A DNA stretch of 64,000 bases from an uncultured virus (IMG/VR IMGVR_UViG_3300050029_000262) (taxonomy: Duplodnaviria; Heunggongvirae; Uroviricota; Caudoviricetes): the IMG/VR virus record IMGVR_UViG_3300050029_000262, one strand, 5' to 3'. Below are positions 47,438 through 55,442 of the stretch, one piece after another. Every line of letters begins with the position of its first letter. The first letter of the stretch is position 1. A model generated the notes under the pieces. The model saw nothing but the letters and a program-made list of their open reading frames with translations, did not search any database and was not told the DNA's origin. The position numbers and the translations under genes are program-made.

Positions 47438-48115
47438 ATGCGCCAAGTCAAGATCATCAACAAGCCGCTGGACTGGTTCACCGACAATCCCGACAACTAC
47501 CGGGCGCATCCCGCCGACCAGCAGGCCGTGCTCCAGCGCAGCCTGCGGAAATTTGGTGTGGTAAAGAATGTGGTAGCCCGGCCGGACGGCACCATTCTGT
47601 GCGGGCACGGCATCATCGCCGCGGCCAAGGCGGAGGGGCTGGCGGACTTCCCGGTGGTGATCTTCGAGGGCACAGACGCGGAGGCCAAGGCGCTGCTGAT
47701 CACCGACAACGAAATCAGCACCATGGCGATGGATGATGACCGCGCCCTGACGAACCTGCTCAAGGACCTCCAGGACATCGACCCGGAGTTGCTGGAAGTC
47801 ACCGGGTTTGACAGCATGAAGTTGGCGGCCCTGGTGTTGGTGACGCGCAGGGAAGATGAGATACCCGACTTCGATGCGGCCCTCCATTGGACAGGGATGC
47901 CGGAGGTGGAGGAGCGGCAGCGCAAGACGGGCGTGGAGCTCATTGTGCGGTTTGAGACAGAGGAACAACGGCAGGAGTTCATGGAGCGCAACCAGTTGAG
48001 AAACCTGTCAACGGGTGCAGAAAAGCGTAGCGGCGCAACGATGTCCGCCTGGTATCCAGCTAGACCACGAGACAATCCGGGCAGCAGCCGGTTTGCCGAC
48101 GGAGATGATGAGTAA
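47438..48115 (+). CDS. ParB N-terminal-domain protein (third)
   Basis: NPDNYRAHP..Q...L..SLRKFG.VKNVV....ILCGHG...AA, LITDN, TGF. Confidence 0.85.
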   Translation: MRQVKIINKPLDWFTDNPDNYRAHPADQQAVLQRSLRKFGVVKNVVARPDGTILCGHGIIAAAKAEGLADFPVVIFEGTDAEAKALLITDNEISTMAMDDDRALTNLLKDLQDIDPELLEVTGFDSMKLAALVLVTRREDEIPDFDAALHWTGMPEVEERQRKTGVELIVRFETEEQRQEFMERNQLRNLSTGAEKRSGATMSAWYPARPRDNPGSSRFADGDDE

Positions 48116-48977
48116 CATGCGGCTGCCCCGTTACCCTGTCTACATTCCCTCTCGCGGGCGTAGTGATGAATGCCTGACGGCCCGGTTTCTGGAGCATGAC
48201 GGTGTGCCTTTCCGGTTGGTGGTGGAGCCGCAGGAGCACGATCTGTACGCGGCTCGGTTTGGTGCGGAGCGGCTGCTGGTGCTACCGGAGAAAAACACGA
48301 CTGGCCTCCACTGGGCACGCAACTGGATTAAGGACCATGCCGTAGCAGAGGGGCATGCGCGGCACTGGCAACTGGATGACAACTGCCGACGCATAGCCAG
48401 ACTCTACCAAGGGCGGCGCATCCCTTGCGCCGCGGGCGTGGCCCTGGCCGCCACTGAGGACTTCGTGGACCGCTATGAGAATATCGCCGTCGCCGGCCTG
48501 AACTATGAGATGTTCCTGCCTTCCACATACGACGGCATTCCCACCCCGCCCTTCCGGGTCAACGTCCACGTCTACTCCTGCTCGCTCATCCTCAACAGCA
48601 TTCCAAACCGCTGGCGCTGTGCCTATAATGACGACACGGACCTCTGCTTGCAGGTATTGGCGGACGGCTGGTGTACGCTGCTGATGAACGCCTTCATGGT
48701 CAAGAAGATGACAACCATGACCATGCACGGCGGCAACACGGATGACTTCTACCAGGGCGACGGCCGGCTGCGCATGTCGCGCTCCCTGGAGCGCCTCTGG
48801 CCGGGTGTGGTGGAGACCAAGCGCCGCTACGGCCGCCCGCAGCACGTCATCAACTGGCGCAAGTTCCGCACGGAACTGAGGCTCAAGCCGGGCCTGTCGG
48901 TGACTGACGGCCCGGATGAGTACGGCATGGTACTGGGGCCGAACCCCAACTACTGCAAAGGAGCCGCCACCCCATGA
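48105..48977 (+). CDS. GREB1-like / TET-associated-type glycosyltransferase (putative DNA-modifying)
   Basis: YPVYIPSRGR, LVVEPQE..Y, ARNWI, HWQLDDN, YNDDTDLCLQVL, MHGGNT. Confidence 0.75.
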   Translation: MMSNMRLPRYPVYIPSRGRSDECLTARFLEHDGVPFRLVVEPQEHDLYAARFGAERLLVLPEKNTTGLHWARNWIKDHAVAEGHARHWQLDDNCRRIARLYQGRRIPCAAGVALAATEDFVDRYENIAVAGLNYEMFLPSTYDGIPTPPFRVNVHVYSCSLILNSIPNRWRCAYNDDTDLCLQVLADGWCTLLMNAFMVKKMTTMTMHGGNTDDFYQGDGRLRMSRSLERLWPGVVETKRRYGRPQHVINWRKFRTELRLKPGLSVTDGPDEYGMVLGPNPNYCKGAATP

Positions 48978-49186
48978 ACTGCGACACCATCACCCGCCCC
49001 TGTGAACTGCAACTGGTCTGCGCCCGCTGCGCCACGGTGGTCTGTGGCGGGCGCGGCGCCGCCGGGCACTACAACCGCCACGGTGACGGCCACGACCACT
49101 TCGCCGACCGGGCGGGTCGCCGCCTCACTTGGGACAAATACAACGGCCTGGTCAACAGCACCGTCCAGAGGGGCTTGCCTACATGA
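48974..49186 (+). CDS. Small Cys/His-rich hypothetical protein
   Basis: ATGA coupling. Confidence 0.5.
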   Translation: MNCDTITRPCELQLVCARCATVVCGGRGAAGHYNRHGDGHDHFADRAGRRLTWDKYNGLVNSTVQRGLPT

Positions 49187-49434
49187 GACTACTCTTCGCT
49201 GCCCTGCCCAACCCCGCCGGTGACGGACCGCAGGAACTCTACCACCTGTGCGGCACCGAGGAGCAGCCGGCGATCCTGGTGGCCTCCGCCTGCGGCTTGG
49301 TGGCGCGGTTCCCCAACTGGACCGGCCACACGACCGTGCCGCGTGCCGCCCTGGTCTGCCCGGCCTGCCAACGCAAGTCAGTGGGGAAGGCGTTGGCGAC
49401 CATTCGGGCGGGGTTGGCTCCGCCCAAGGCGTAA
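49183..49434 (+). CDS. Small hypothetical protein (zinc-binding)
   Basis: ATGA coupling; CG...CPAC. Confidence 0.5.
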   Translation: MRLLFAALPNPAGDGPQELYHLCGTEEQPAILVASACGLVARFPNWTGHTTVPRAALVCPACQRKSVGKALATIRAGLAPPKA

Positions 49435-49506
49435 CGCCGGCCGCCGCCCGCTGCTTGGCACGGACGGCCCGGCTGGTCGCAACAATCTGACCGGGAGGTT
49501 TTTCTG

Positions 49507-49962
49507 ATGCTGAAGACAAGTCTGGTCCTACTCGTGTTGCTGGCGCTCTGCTCGTTGCTGTTGGTCACGGCCCCGGCGGCGCTGGCGGCCGACCCGCCCC
49601 TGACCGTGGCCGTTGCATCCGCCGCGGCGCCGGCCGCCGCGCCGCCTGCCCAACCCGTAACCGGCTGGGCACCGGCGGTCACCTTCAATGGCGTGGCACC
49701 CTGCGGCGCCGCCACCAGTTTCGGCGCGGGCCTCGGCCTGCGGGTGTTGAAGTGTAGCGAGACGAACGGCCTGTGGCTGGACGTGGATGGCGTGAAGGAC
49801 GGCACAGCGGATGCCTTCGGTCTGGCCTTGGGGCTGTCCACGGAAGTGAACTTCCTCGGCAAACTGACGGGCGGGCAGGTGGCGCAGCGCGCCGGGCTGC
49901 TGTACTCCTTTCAGAGCAATAAGCTGCTGCCGTTCCTCACGCTGCTGTCTACTAACTTCTAA
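49507..49962 (+). CDS. Secreted / outer-membrane beta-strand protein
   Basis: GGAGG RBS; signal peptide ending ALA; alternating beta pattern; C-terminal Phe. Confidence 0.6.
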   Translation: MLKTSLVLLVLLALCSLLLVTAPAALAADPPLTVAVASAAAPAAAPPAQPVTGWAPAVTFNGVAPCGAATSFGAGLGLRVLKCSETNGLWLDVDGVKDGTADAFGLALGLSTEVNFLGKLTGGQVAQRAGLLYSFQSNKLLPFLTLLSTNF

Positions 49963-50087
49963 CGGTCTTCTCCGGCCAAGGTACAACTGAACATGGCGCG
50001 GGCGCCGCCCCTGACCAAGCACAGGGATACGGTACCCGTGCCGTGTCGTGTCTGCCCGCATGGTGCGGAAAAAAAGATACCCGACGG

Positions 50088-50107
50088 CTATAGGTTTAGG
50101 CTATAAT
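50088..50107 (+). promoter_or_regulatory. Promoter motif CTATAG-N7-YTATAAT (copy 3)
   Basis: CTATAG GTTTAGG CTATAAT. Confidence 0.7.
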
Positions 50108-50160
50108 AGTTAGCAGGCGGGGGACAAGCCAATCGAGCATAAGGGAAGGACTGAGATGAA

Positions 50161-50401
50161 ATGAAGATCACAAGCCGTTGGGACGGGAAAGTACTTTGGG
50201 AGGGAGAGTGCGATAACATCCGCGAGGAGTTGCTGGCGGCTGCGAAAGCGGAAGCCAACCTGTTGCGAGCCGACCTGAGTGGTTGAGTTCAAGGCGGGTG
50301 ACATAGCGGCGATCCCGACCGTGACGGACGGCAAGTTCCGGCTACATCGGTGCCGCGTAGTTGGCGAGAAGGACCTGACGGGCCTCATACCTGAGGGGTA
50401 G
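50161..50401 (+). pseudogene. Internally deleted/frameshifted pentapeptide-repeat protein, paralog of 17244
   Basis: MKITSRWDGKVLWEGECDNIREELLAAAKAEANLLRADLSG* then +1 frame VEFKAGDIAAIPTVTDGKFRLHRCRVVGEKDL. Confidence 0.7.
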
Positions 50402-50449
50402 CGGCAGTTCTAAATGCAAGCCAATCAAGCAGAGGAGGCAGGATGAGAA

Positions 50450-50848
50450 ATGGCAATGAGCAGAGACGCTGAAGGCGGTTGTACCCGTCGCGCCGGAGAG
50501 GTCGATAAGGACTGGGATGCACGCTGGAGGAACATGATGGACCAGTGCGAGAACTGGCCCTACCTATGTCGGACGTGCGTGGCCGAGTACCTGGGCGCGG
50601 CCGTCGTGGAGGCGACCATCCAGCGGACGGACGCCTGGCGGCGCATGTTTCTAAAGATGCAGCACGACCGCCTGGTGGTGGGCGTGCGGCAGTTCTTCGC
50701 GGACGGGCGAGGCGGCGTGACGGCCTTGCGGGAGGCCTTCCCGCAGGCCTTGAAGTCCGAGTTGCTGGCGGCGCTGGACGCCATCATTGCCGAGGATCTG
50801 GCGGCGGCGGTAGAGAAGGCGGAGGCCGGAACCCATGCCCCTCACTGA
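50450..50848 (+). CDS. Hypothetical protein
   Basis: GGAGG/AGGA RBS. Confidence 0.55.
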   Translation: MAMSRDAEGGCTRRAGEVDKDWDARWRNMMDQCENWPYLCRTCVAEYLGAAVVEATIQRTDAWRRMFLKMQHDRLVVGVRQFFADGRGGVTALREAFPQALKSELLAALDAIIAEDLAAAVEKAEAGTHAPH

Positions 50849-51386
50849 TGCCCTGGCGGCGGAGTTCGAGACCCTGGTGACGATGCAACGCGGCTGGCTC
50901 ACCAGCGTGGCCTGCAAGCGCCTGGGCGGCAACCCGGAGGAGGCGGCGGACGCAGTGCAGACGGCGGTATCCAAGGCCTGGGTAGCCCTGCCGCACTTCC
51001 GCCATCAGGCAACCATGCGCACCTGGCTGGCCACCATCCTCGTGCATGTCTGCTTGGATGCGTGCCGACGACACGCCTACGGACCGGAGTTCCTGTCGGC
51101 GGATGAGGAGGCGGAGTGGGGTGATGACTTGGCCGACCCGGCGGGTGACGTGGCCAGGGAGGTCGTGGGGCGGGATACGCTGCGCCGCGTGGCGGCCGCC
51201 GTGGATGCCTGCGGGCACTCCAGCTACATGCGGGCGGTGGTGGCGCGGGACCTGGACGGGCAGACCTACGAGGACGCGGCGGGCGGCCTGGGAGTGCACA
51301 TAGACACGTTCAAGGCGCAACTGTGGCGGGGACGGCAATGCTTGCGAGCCCTGCTGCTCGCGGAAGAGAGTGAGACTGATGTTTGA
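50835..51386 (+). CDS. ECF-type RNA polymerase sigma factor
   Basis: Region 2 EAADAVQ..KAW..LPHFR....TWL..I...CLD..RR; region 4 DGQTYEDAA..LGV...TFKAQLWRGR. Confidence 0.85.
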   Translation: MPLTDALAAEFETLVTMQRGWLTSVACKRLGGNPEEAADAVQTAVSKAWVALPHFRHQATMRTWLATILVHVCLDACRRHAYGPEFLSADEEAEWGDDLADPAGDVAREVVGRDTLRRVAAAVDACGHSSYMRAVVARDLDGQTYEDAAGGLGVHIDTFKAQLWRGRQCLRALLLAEESETDV

Positions 51387-51522
51387 GACCTGGCACCACA
51401 TGACGATGACGGGGAAGTGGTTGGCCGTACTGCCGGGCGGTGTGCTGGGCCTGCTGGCCTGGTATCTGCTCGACCTGCGGGCGCACGGTTTCTGGCAGCA
51501 GGGCGGTGGGGATGATGAGTAA
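51379..51522 (+). CDS. 47-aa single-TM protein (absent from the ORF track)
   Basis: MFETWHHMTMTGKWLAVLPGGVLGLLAWYLLDLR...; overlaps both neighbours. Confidence 0.5.
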   Translation: MFETWHHMTMTGKWLAVLPGGVLGLLAWYLLDLRAHGFWQQGGGDDE

Positions 51523-51928
51523 CTGCCCCTTCTGCGATATCGAGAGCAACCGCATCATCGGCAGCGCGCCGGGCGTGCTTGCTCTCCTCGACCACAACCC
51601 CTGCTCCAAGGGCCACGCGCTGGTTGTGCCGCGGCGTCACATCCCAAACTACCTCGACCTGTCCATGGACGAAGTCACTGACATGCACGTCCTGGCGCGG
51701 GCACTGGCAGCACAGTTCCAGGCCACCGACCCGACCATCAAGGGGTTCAACATCGGCCTCAACATCGGGGAGGCGGCAGGTCAGACGGTATTCCACGCAC
51801 ACCTGCACATCATCCCCCGCCGGGACGGCGATTGCGAGGACCCGCGCGGCGGGGTGCGCCGGGCGATGGCGGTTCATCAGCGGCGGGACAACCGACTACC
51901 GGGGTGCATCTACTATGACCACCGCTGA
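51512..51928 (+). CDS. HIT-family nucleotide hydrolase
   Basis: CPFC, GHALVVPRRH, GFNIGLNIGEAAGQTVFHAHLHIIPR. Confidence 0.9.
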   Translation: MMSNCPFCDIESNRIIGSAPGVLALLDHNPCSKGHALVVPRRHIPNYLDLSMDEVTDMHVLARALAAQFQATDPTIKGFNIGLNIGEAAGQTVFHAHLHIIPRRDGDCEDPRGGVRRAMAVHQRRDNRLPGCIYYDHR

Positions 51929-52148
51929 GATACGCCACAAGCTGGAGGCGGCCGTCCACGGCCTGCCGCTTGACGACCCGGACGCCAGGATGCTCCACGC
52001 GGCGGCCTACCTGGACTACGTGGAGGCGGTGGCGCGGCTGGGGGCCAACGACCCCGGCTACGTCCTGAGCCAGCGGGGACAGGAATGGCTGCGCGACAAC
52101 CCGCGCCCGGATGTGGTGCCGCTGACGCAGAGGGGGTTGCCCTTATGA
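51915..52148 (+). CDS. Hypothetical protein
   Basis: MTTAEIRHKLE...; overlaps neighbours. Confidence 0.5.
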   Translation: MTTAEIRHKLEAAVHGLPLDDPDARMLHAAAYLDYVEAVARLGANDPGYVLSQRGQEWLRDNPRPDVVPLTQRGLPL

Positions 52149-52405
52149 AGCCGGGCCGCAAGCCGCTACCCTTGCCCTTGGCCTTGGCGCGGGGCTGGTG
52201 TGACCGCTGCCGCAACCTGTCGGTGCGGGGTGATACGGGCGCCTGCACCCGCTGCGGGGCCGGACTGGCCCGCGGCTACGAGTACGTGGAGGCGGACGAC
52301 GAGGTGCTGCTGGCGGAGGGCGTGGTGCCGCCGTCGTTGGCGGAGGCGGGAGAGCGCCGGCGGCGCAAGGCGGAGCGGGCGGGGCAGACGGCGTTCTCGA
52401 TGTAG
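52145..52405 (+). CDS. Zinc-finger hypothetical protein
   Basis: CDRC..CTRCG. Confidence 0.5.
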   Translation: MKPGRKPLPLPLALARGWCDRCRNLSVRGDTGACTRCGAGLARGYEYVEADDEVLLAEGVVPPSLAEAGERRRRKAERAGQTAFSM

Positions 52406-52441
52406 AGGGGGATACTTGATGAGACGAAAGGGGCATGACTG

Positions 52442-52654
52442 ATGACCAGTAGTGAGGCACGGGCCTTGATGACGCAGGCACTCGCATTGCTGGAGCGGGC
52501 GGTGGCGGGGATGGGCTTTCCCGCGGCGCGCGTGGTGCGGTTCGAGGAACTGTTTGGCGACAAGTTGAAGGTGGCGCAGTCGGCGAGTGCGGTAAAGACG
52601 GAACTGGTGGCGATGGTGCATGATGAGATCGCGGCGGAGCGGAGGGCGAAATGA
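52442..52654 (+). CDS. Small protein containing a duplicated terS segment
   Basis: MGFPAARVVRFEELFGDKLK nearly identical to the terS C-terminal segment. Confidence 0.5.
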   Translation: MTSSEARALMTQALALLERAVAGMGFPAARVVRFEELFGDKLKVAQSASAVKTELVAMVHDEIAAERRAK

Positions 52655-53388
52655 AGGACTATCCTAGTGCGCGGCGCGTGGAGATCATCGGCGGGCAGAC
52701 GCTACTGCTGGGTGACTGCCTGGACGTGCTGGCGTCTCTCGTGGGCGACTGCTTCCTGACCGACCCGTTCTACGGGGTTGACGGCGGCAAGGGCGGACAG
52801 GCCCGGGAGCGCGGCAAGGCAAAGTACACACAGGGAGAGTTCGACGACACGCCGGAGTCTGTGGCGCAGATTGTGGTGCCGGTGATCGCGAGGCTTGCCG
52901 AAGCCTGCCGTCGTGGAGCCGTGACGCCGGGCATTGCCTGTATGTCTCTGTACCCACGGCCTGCTGACATTGGGACATTCTGGACGCCTGCTGCTATGGG
53001 CGTTGGACCGTGGGGTTTCACGTCGTTTCATCCAATCATGTACTACGGCAGAGACTACCGAGCAGGTCTCGGAGCATGGCCGACCGGACGCCAAGTCACC
53101 GAGCAGTCACAGAAGAACGGGCACCCGTGCCCGAAGCCTCTGGAAGCGTGGAAGTGGCTCCTGCAGAAGGTGTCGCAGGAGGGCGAGTCGGTCATTGACC
53201 CGTTCATGGGAAGCGGCACAACACTGGTGGCCTGCCAGTACCTCGGCAGGCGCGGCATCGGCGTCGAAATCTGCGAGGAGTATTTCGAGATCGCCTGCCG
53301 CCGCGTCGAGTGGGCAGTGAAGGGCCTGAAGGAACCGAAGGCGGACGGCCCCGAGGACGCCACGCAGGCCAGCCTCTTCTCCGACTGA
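52651..53388 (+). CDS. N6-adenine/N4-cytosine DNA methyltransferase (beta class)
   Basis: LLGDCL, TDPFY (variant motif IV), HPCPKP, DPFMGSGTT, GIGVEI. Confidence 0.85.
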   Translation: MKDYPSARRVEIIGGQTLLLGDCLDVLASLVGDCFLTDPFYGVDGGKGGQARERGKAKYTQGEFDDTPESVAQIVVPVIARLAEACRRGAVTPGIACMSLYPRPADIGTFWTPAAMGVGPWGFTSFHPIMYYGRDYRAGLGAWPTGRQVTEQSQKNGHPCPKPLEAWKWLLQKVSQEGESVIDPFMGSGTTLVACQYLGRRGIGVEICEEYFEIACRRVEWAVKGLKEPKADGPEDATQASLFSD

Positions 53389-53516
53389 CCATCCCCCACC
53401 TCCCCCTCCCGTAGGCGCGTTGCCCGCACGCCGAGGTAACGTGCCTACGGCTTTCCTCACCAGATACGGGAGTCCGCCCGTCCAGACCCATCCCTCCCAT
53501 CCTACGCGGCCCTGCG

Positions 53517-53545
53517 TTGAAACTCCCCGCCCGCTGTGCTATAGT
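53517..53545 (+). promoter_or_regulatory. Extended -10 sigma70 promoter for terL
   Basis: TTGAAA-N17-TATAGT with TG; ATG only 10 nt downstream. Confidence 0.65.
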
Positions 53546-53555
53546 TCCCCCTGCC

Positions 53556-55442
53556 ATGCCCACTGATACCTCGATACGCACGCCCGCCTACGACTACATC
53601 CTGGGCGGCCTCCAGCGGTACAAGGACCGCGGCCAGGCCCCGGCCCCGCGCAAGGCCATCATCGAGGCCTCCGTGGAGGACTTCATCCGTGGTGACCAGG
53701 GCCTGGACCTCGGTGACGAACCGTTCCCCCGTGTGGTCAGCACCATCACCGACCTGATGGACGGCGGCTACCATGACCCCCTCACCAACAGCACACACCC
53801 CTACCTGGAGGCCTTTCTGGAGTGGGGCATCGGCGCCGGGAAGGACTACGCGGCCAGCGTCTACCTGCTGTGCAACGCGGCCCGTGTCCTCCAGTCGATG
53901 ATCGCGGGCACGTTCTGGTTCCGGCACGGCCTGGCCACCAACAGCCGCATCGAGTTGGCGCACTTCGCGCCGGACGAGGCCAGCGCCACAGAGGTGCTGC
54001 ACAGTGAGTTGGTCTCCAAGGCGGACGGCGCGCCGTGGTTTCGGAAGTTCGCGCAGATTGATGACAAGATGCGCACGCGCATCCGGTTCCGGCGCACCGG
54101 CCGCAAGGGTGACTACTGGCCGTTGGAGATCGTGCCGCGTGGCTGCTCCATGAGCAAGCGCCTGGGGCGCAACCTCTACCGGGCCACCATTGACGAGGCC
54201 AACTTCTGGGCCAACACGACGGGCGTGACGGGTGACGATGCGCTTAACCTCTACTACGCCATCAGCCGCCGCCTGCGCTCCCGGTTCGGTGATGCCGGGC
54301 AACTGCTGATGTTCTCCTCCTCCAACTACGACGGTGACCTCTCCAGCCGCAAGGAGAAGGAGGCCATTGACCCCGCCCGGCGCATCTTCTACAGCAAGGC
54401 CGCCTCCTGGGAGGTAAAGCCACCCAACCGCTACAACTCCGCCGGCCTGACCTTCAACTACGAGGAGAAGGACAATCGCCAGAATGTGGTGCGTGTCTGG
54501 AAGGGCATCCCCATTGACCTGAAGGGTGACTTCGAGGGTGACCCGCACCTGGCCCTGCGCGACTACGCGGGCGTGCGCTACGGTGACGTACAGACCCTCG
54601 ACCCGGATGCGGAGTGGCTGTTCAAGGAACCGCCTGCGCCGGAGGGCCGTGGCCCCATTCCCACCTTCGGTTCGCCGTTTCTCATGCCCTACGGCATGGA
54701 TCGCAGCTACCTGCCGCTGGAGGACACGGACTACTTCCTGCACTTCGACCTGGCCACCAGCGGCGACCCGCGGGCAGACGGCCTGGGCATCAGCCTGGTC
54801 CACCCGGAGTTGCTGATGGAGGATGAGTTGTTCCCCTCCACGGCCTTCTCCAACGAGCCGTACAGCAACGCGGTCATGGTCATCGACTTCGCGGAACGGG
54901 TCATGCCGAAGGACGTGGGCGGGGAACGGTGCATTGAGGATACCCGCCAGTTCGTCTACGACCTGATAGCCCTGGGATTCCCGCTGGCGTGTGTCAGCTA
55001 CGACGGTTTCCAGAGCACAGACAGCAGGCAGATCCTGGCGCAGCACGGCGTGACGACCCGGCTCATCTCGGTGGACAAGACGTTGGCCCCGTACCAGACG
55101 TTGAAGCGGCTACTGCACGCCGGGCGGGTCATCTACGGGCCGTCCGTCTGGCAGCCGGAGTACGCGGGCCTGAAGCTGGAGGGCGCAAAGAAAGTCGATC
55201 ACCCGCCAGGCAAGTCGAAGGACGCTAGTGATGCCACGGCCGGCGCCGTCTACTCCTGCTGGATGACCACGGTGGCGTTGATGGCGGGCCGTGACCCGGA
55301 CGGCGGGGACGCGGAGCGCATCACTCGCATGAAGCAGCGGCGCAGCAAGCAGGACGCCGACCGGCAGGAGCGACACGGCCGGCGGGAAGAGGACCGGGCA
55401 CGGCGCGCCGGACGGCGCACCGACAGAAAGGACAGAGAGTGA
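53556..55442 (+). CDS. terL: Terminase large subunit
   Basis: WGIGAGKD Walker A, TIDEANF Walker B, LHFDLA (RNase H-like), VSYDGFQS, KVDHP..SKDASDA. Confidence 0.85.
   Translation: MPTDTSIRTPAYDYILGGLQRYKDRGQAPAPRKAIIEASVEDFIRGDQGLDLGDEPFPRVVSTITDLMDGGYHDPLTNSTHPYLEAFLEWGIGAGKDYAASVYLLCNAARVLQSMIAGTFWFRHGLATNSRIELAHFAPDEASATEVLHSELVSKADGAPWFRKFAQIDDKMRTRIRFRRTGRKGDYWPLEIVPRGCSMSKRLGRNLYRATIDEANFWANTTGVTGDDALNLYYAISRRLRSRFGDAGQLLMFSSSNYDGDLSSRKEKEAIDPARRIFYSKAASWEVKPPNRYNSAGLTFNYEEKDNRQNVVRVWKGIPIDLKGDFEGDPHLALRDYAGVRYGDVQTLDPDAEWLFKEPPAPEGRGPIPTFGSPFLMPYGMDRSYLPLEDTDYFLHFDLATSGDPRADGLGISLVHPELLMEDELFPSTAFSNEPYSNAVMVIDFAERVMPKDVGGERCIEDTRQFVYDLIALGFPLACVSYDGFQSTDSRQILAQHGVTTRLISVDKTLAPYQTLKRLLHAGRVIYGPSVWQPEYAGLKLEGAKKVDHPPGKSKDASDATAGAVYSCWMTTVALMAGRDPDGGDAERITRMKQRRSKQDADRQERHGRREEDRARRAGRRTDRKDRE

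Noticed and set aside
41904..48115. Plasmid-type ParABS partition system
   Set aside because: No ParA ATPase; the proteins have only the ParB N-terminal domain and sit in a terminase/modification context
385..52571. Diversity-generating retroelement (from the tail-fibre duplication or the 52-bp repeat)
   Set aside because: No reverse transcriptase is visible and the repeat differences are not adenine-specific
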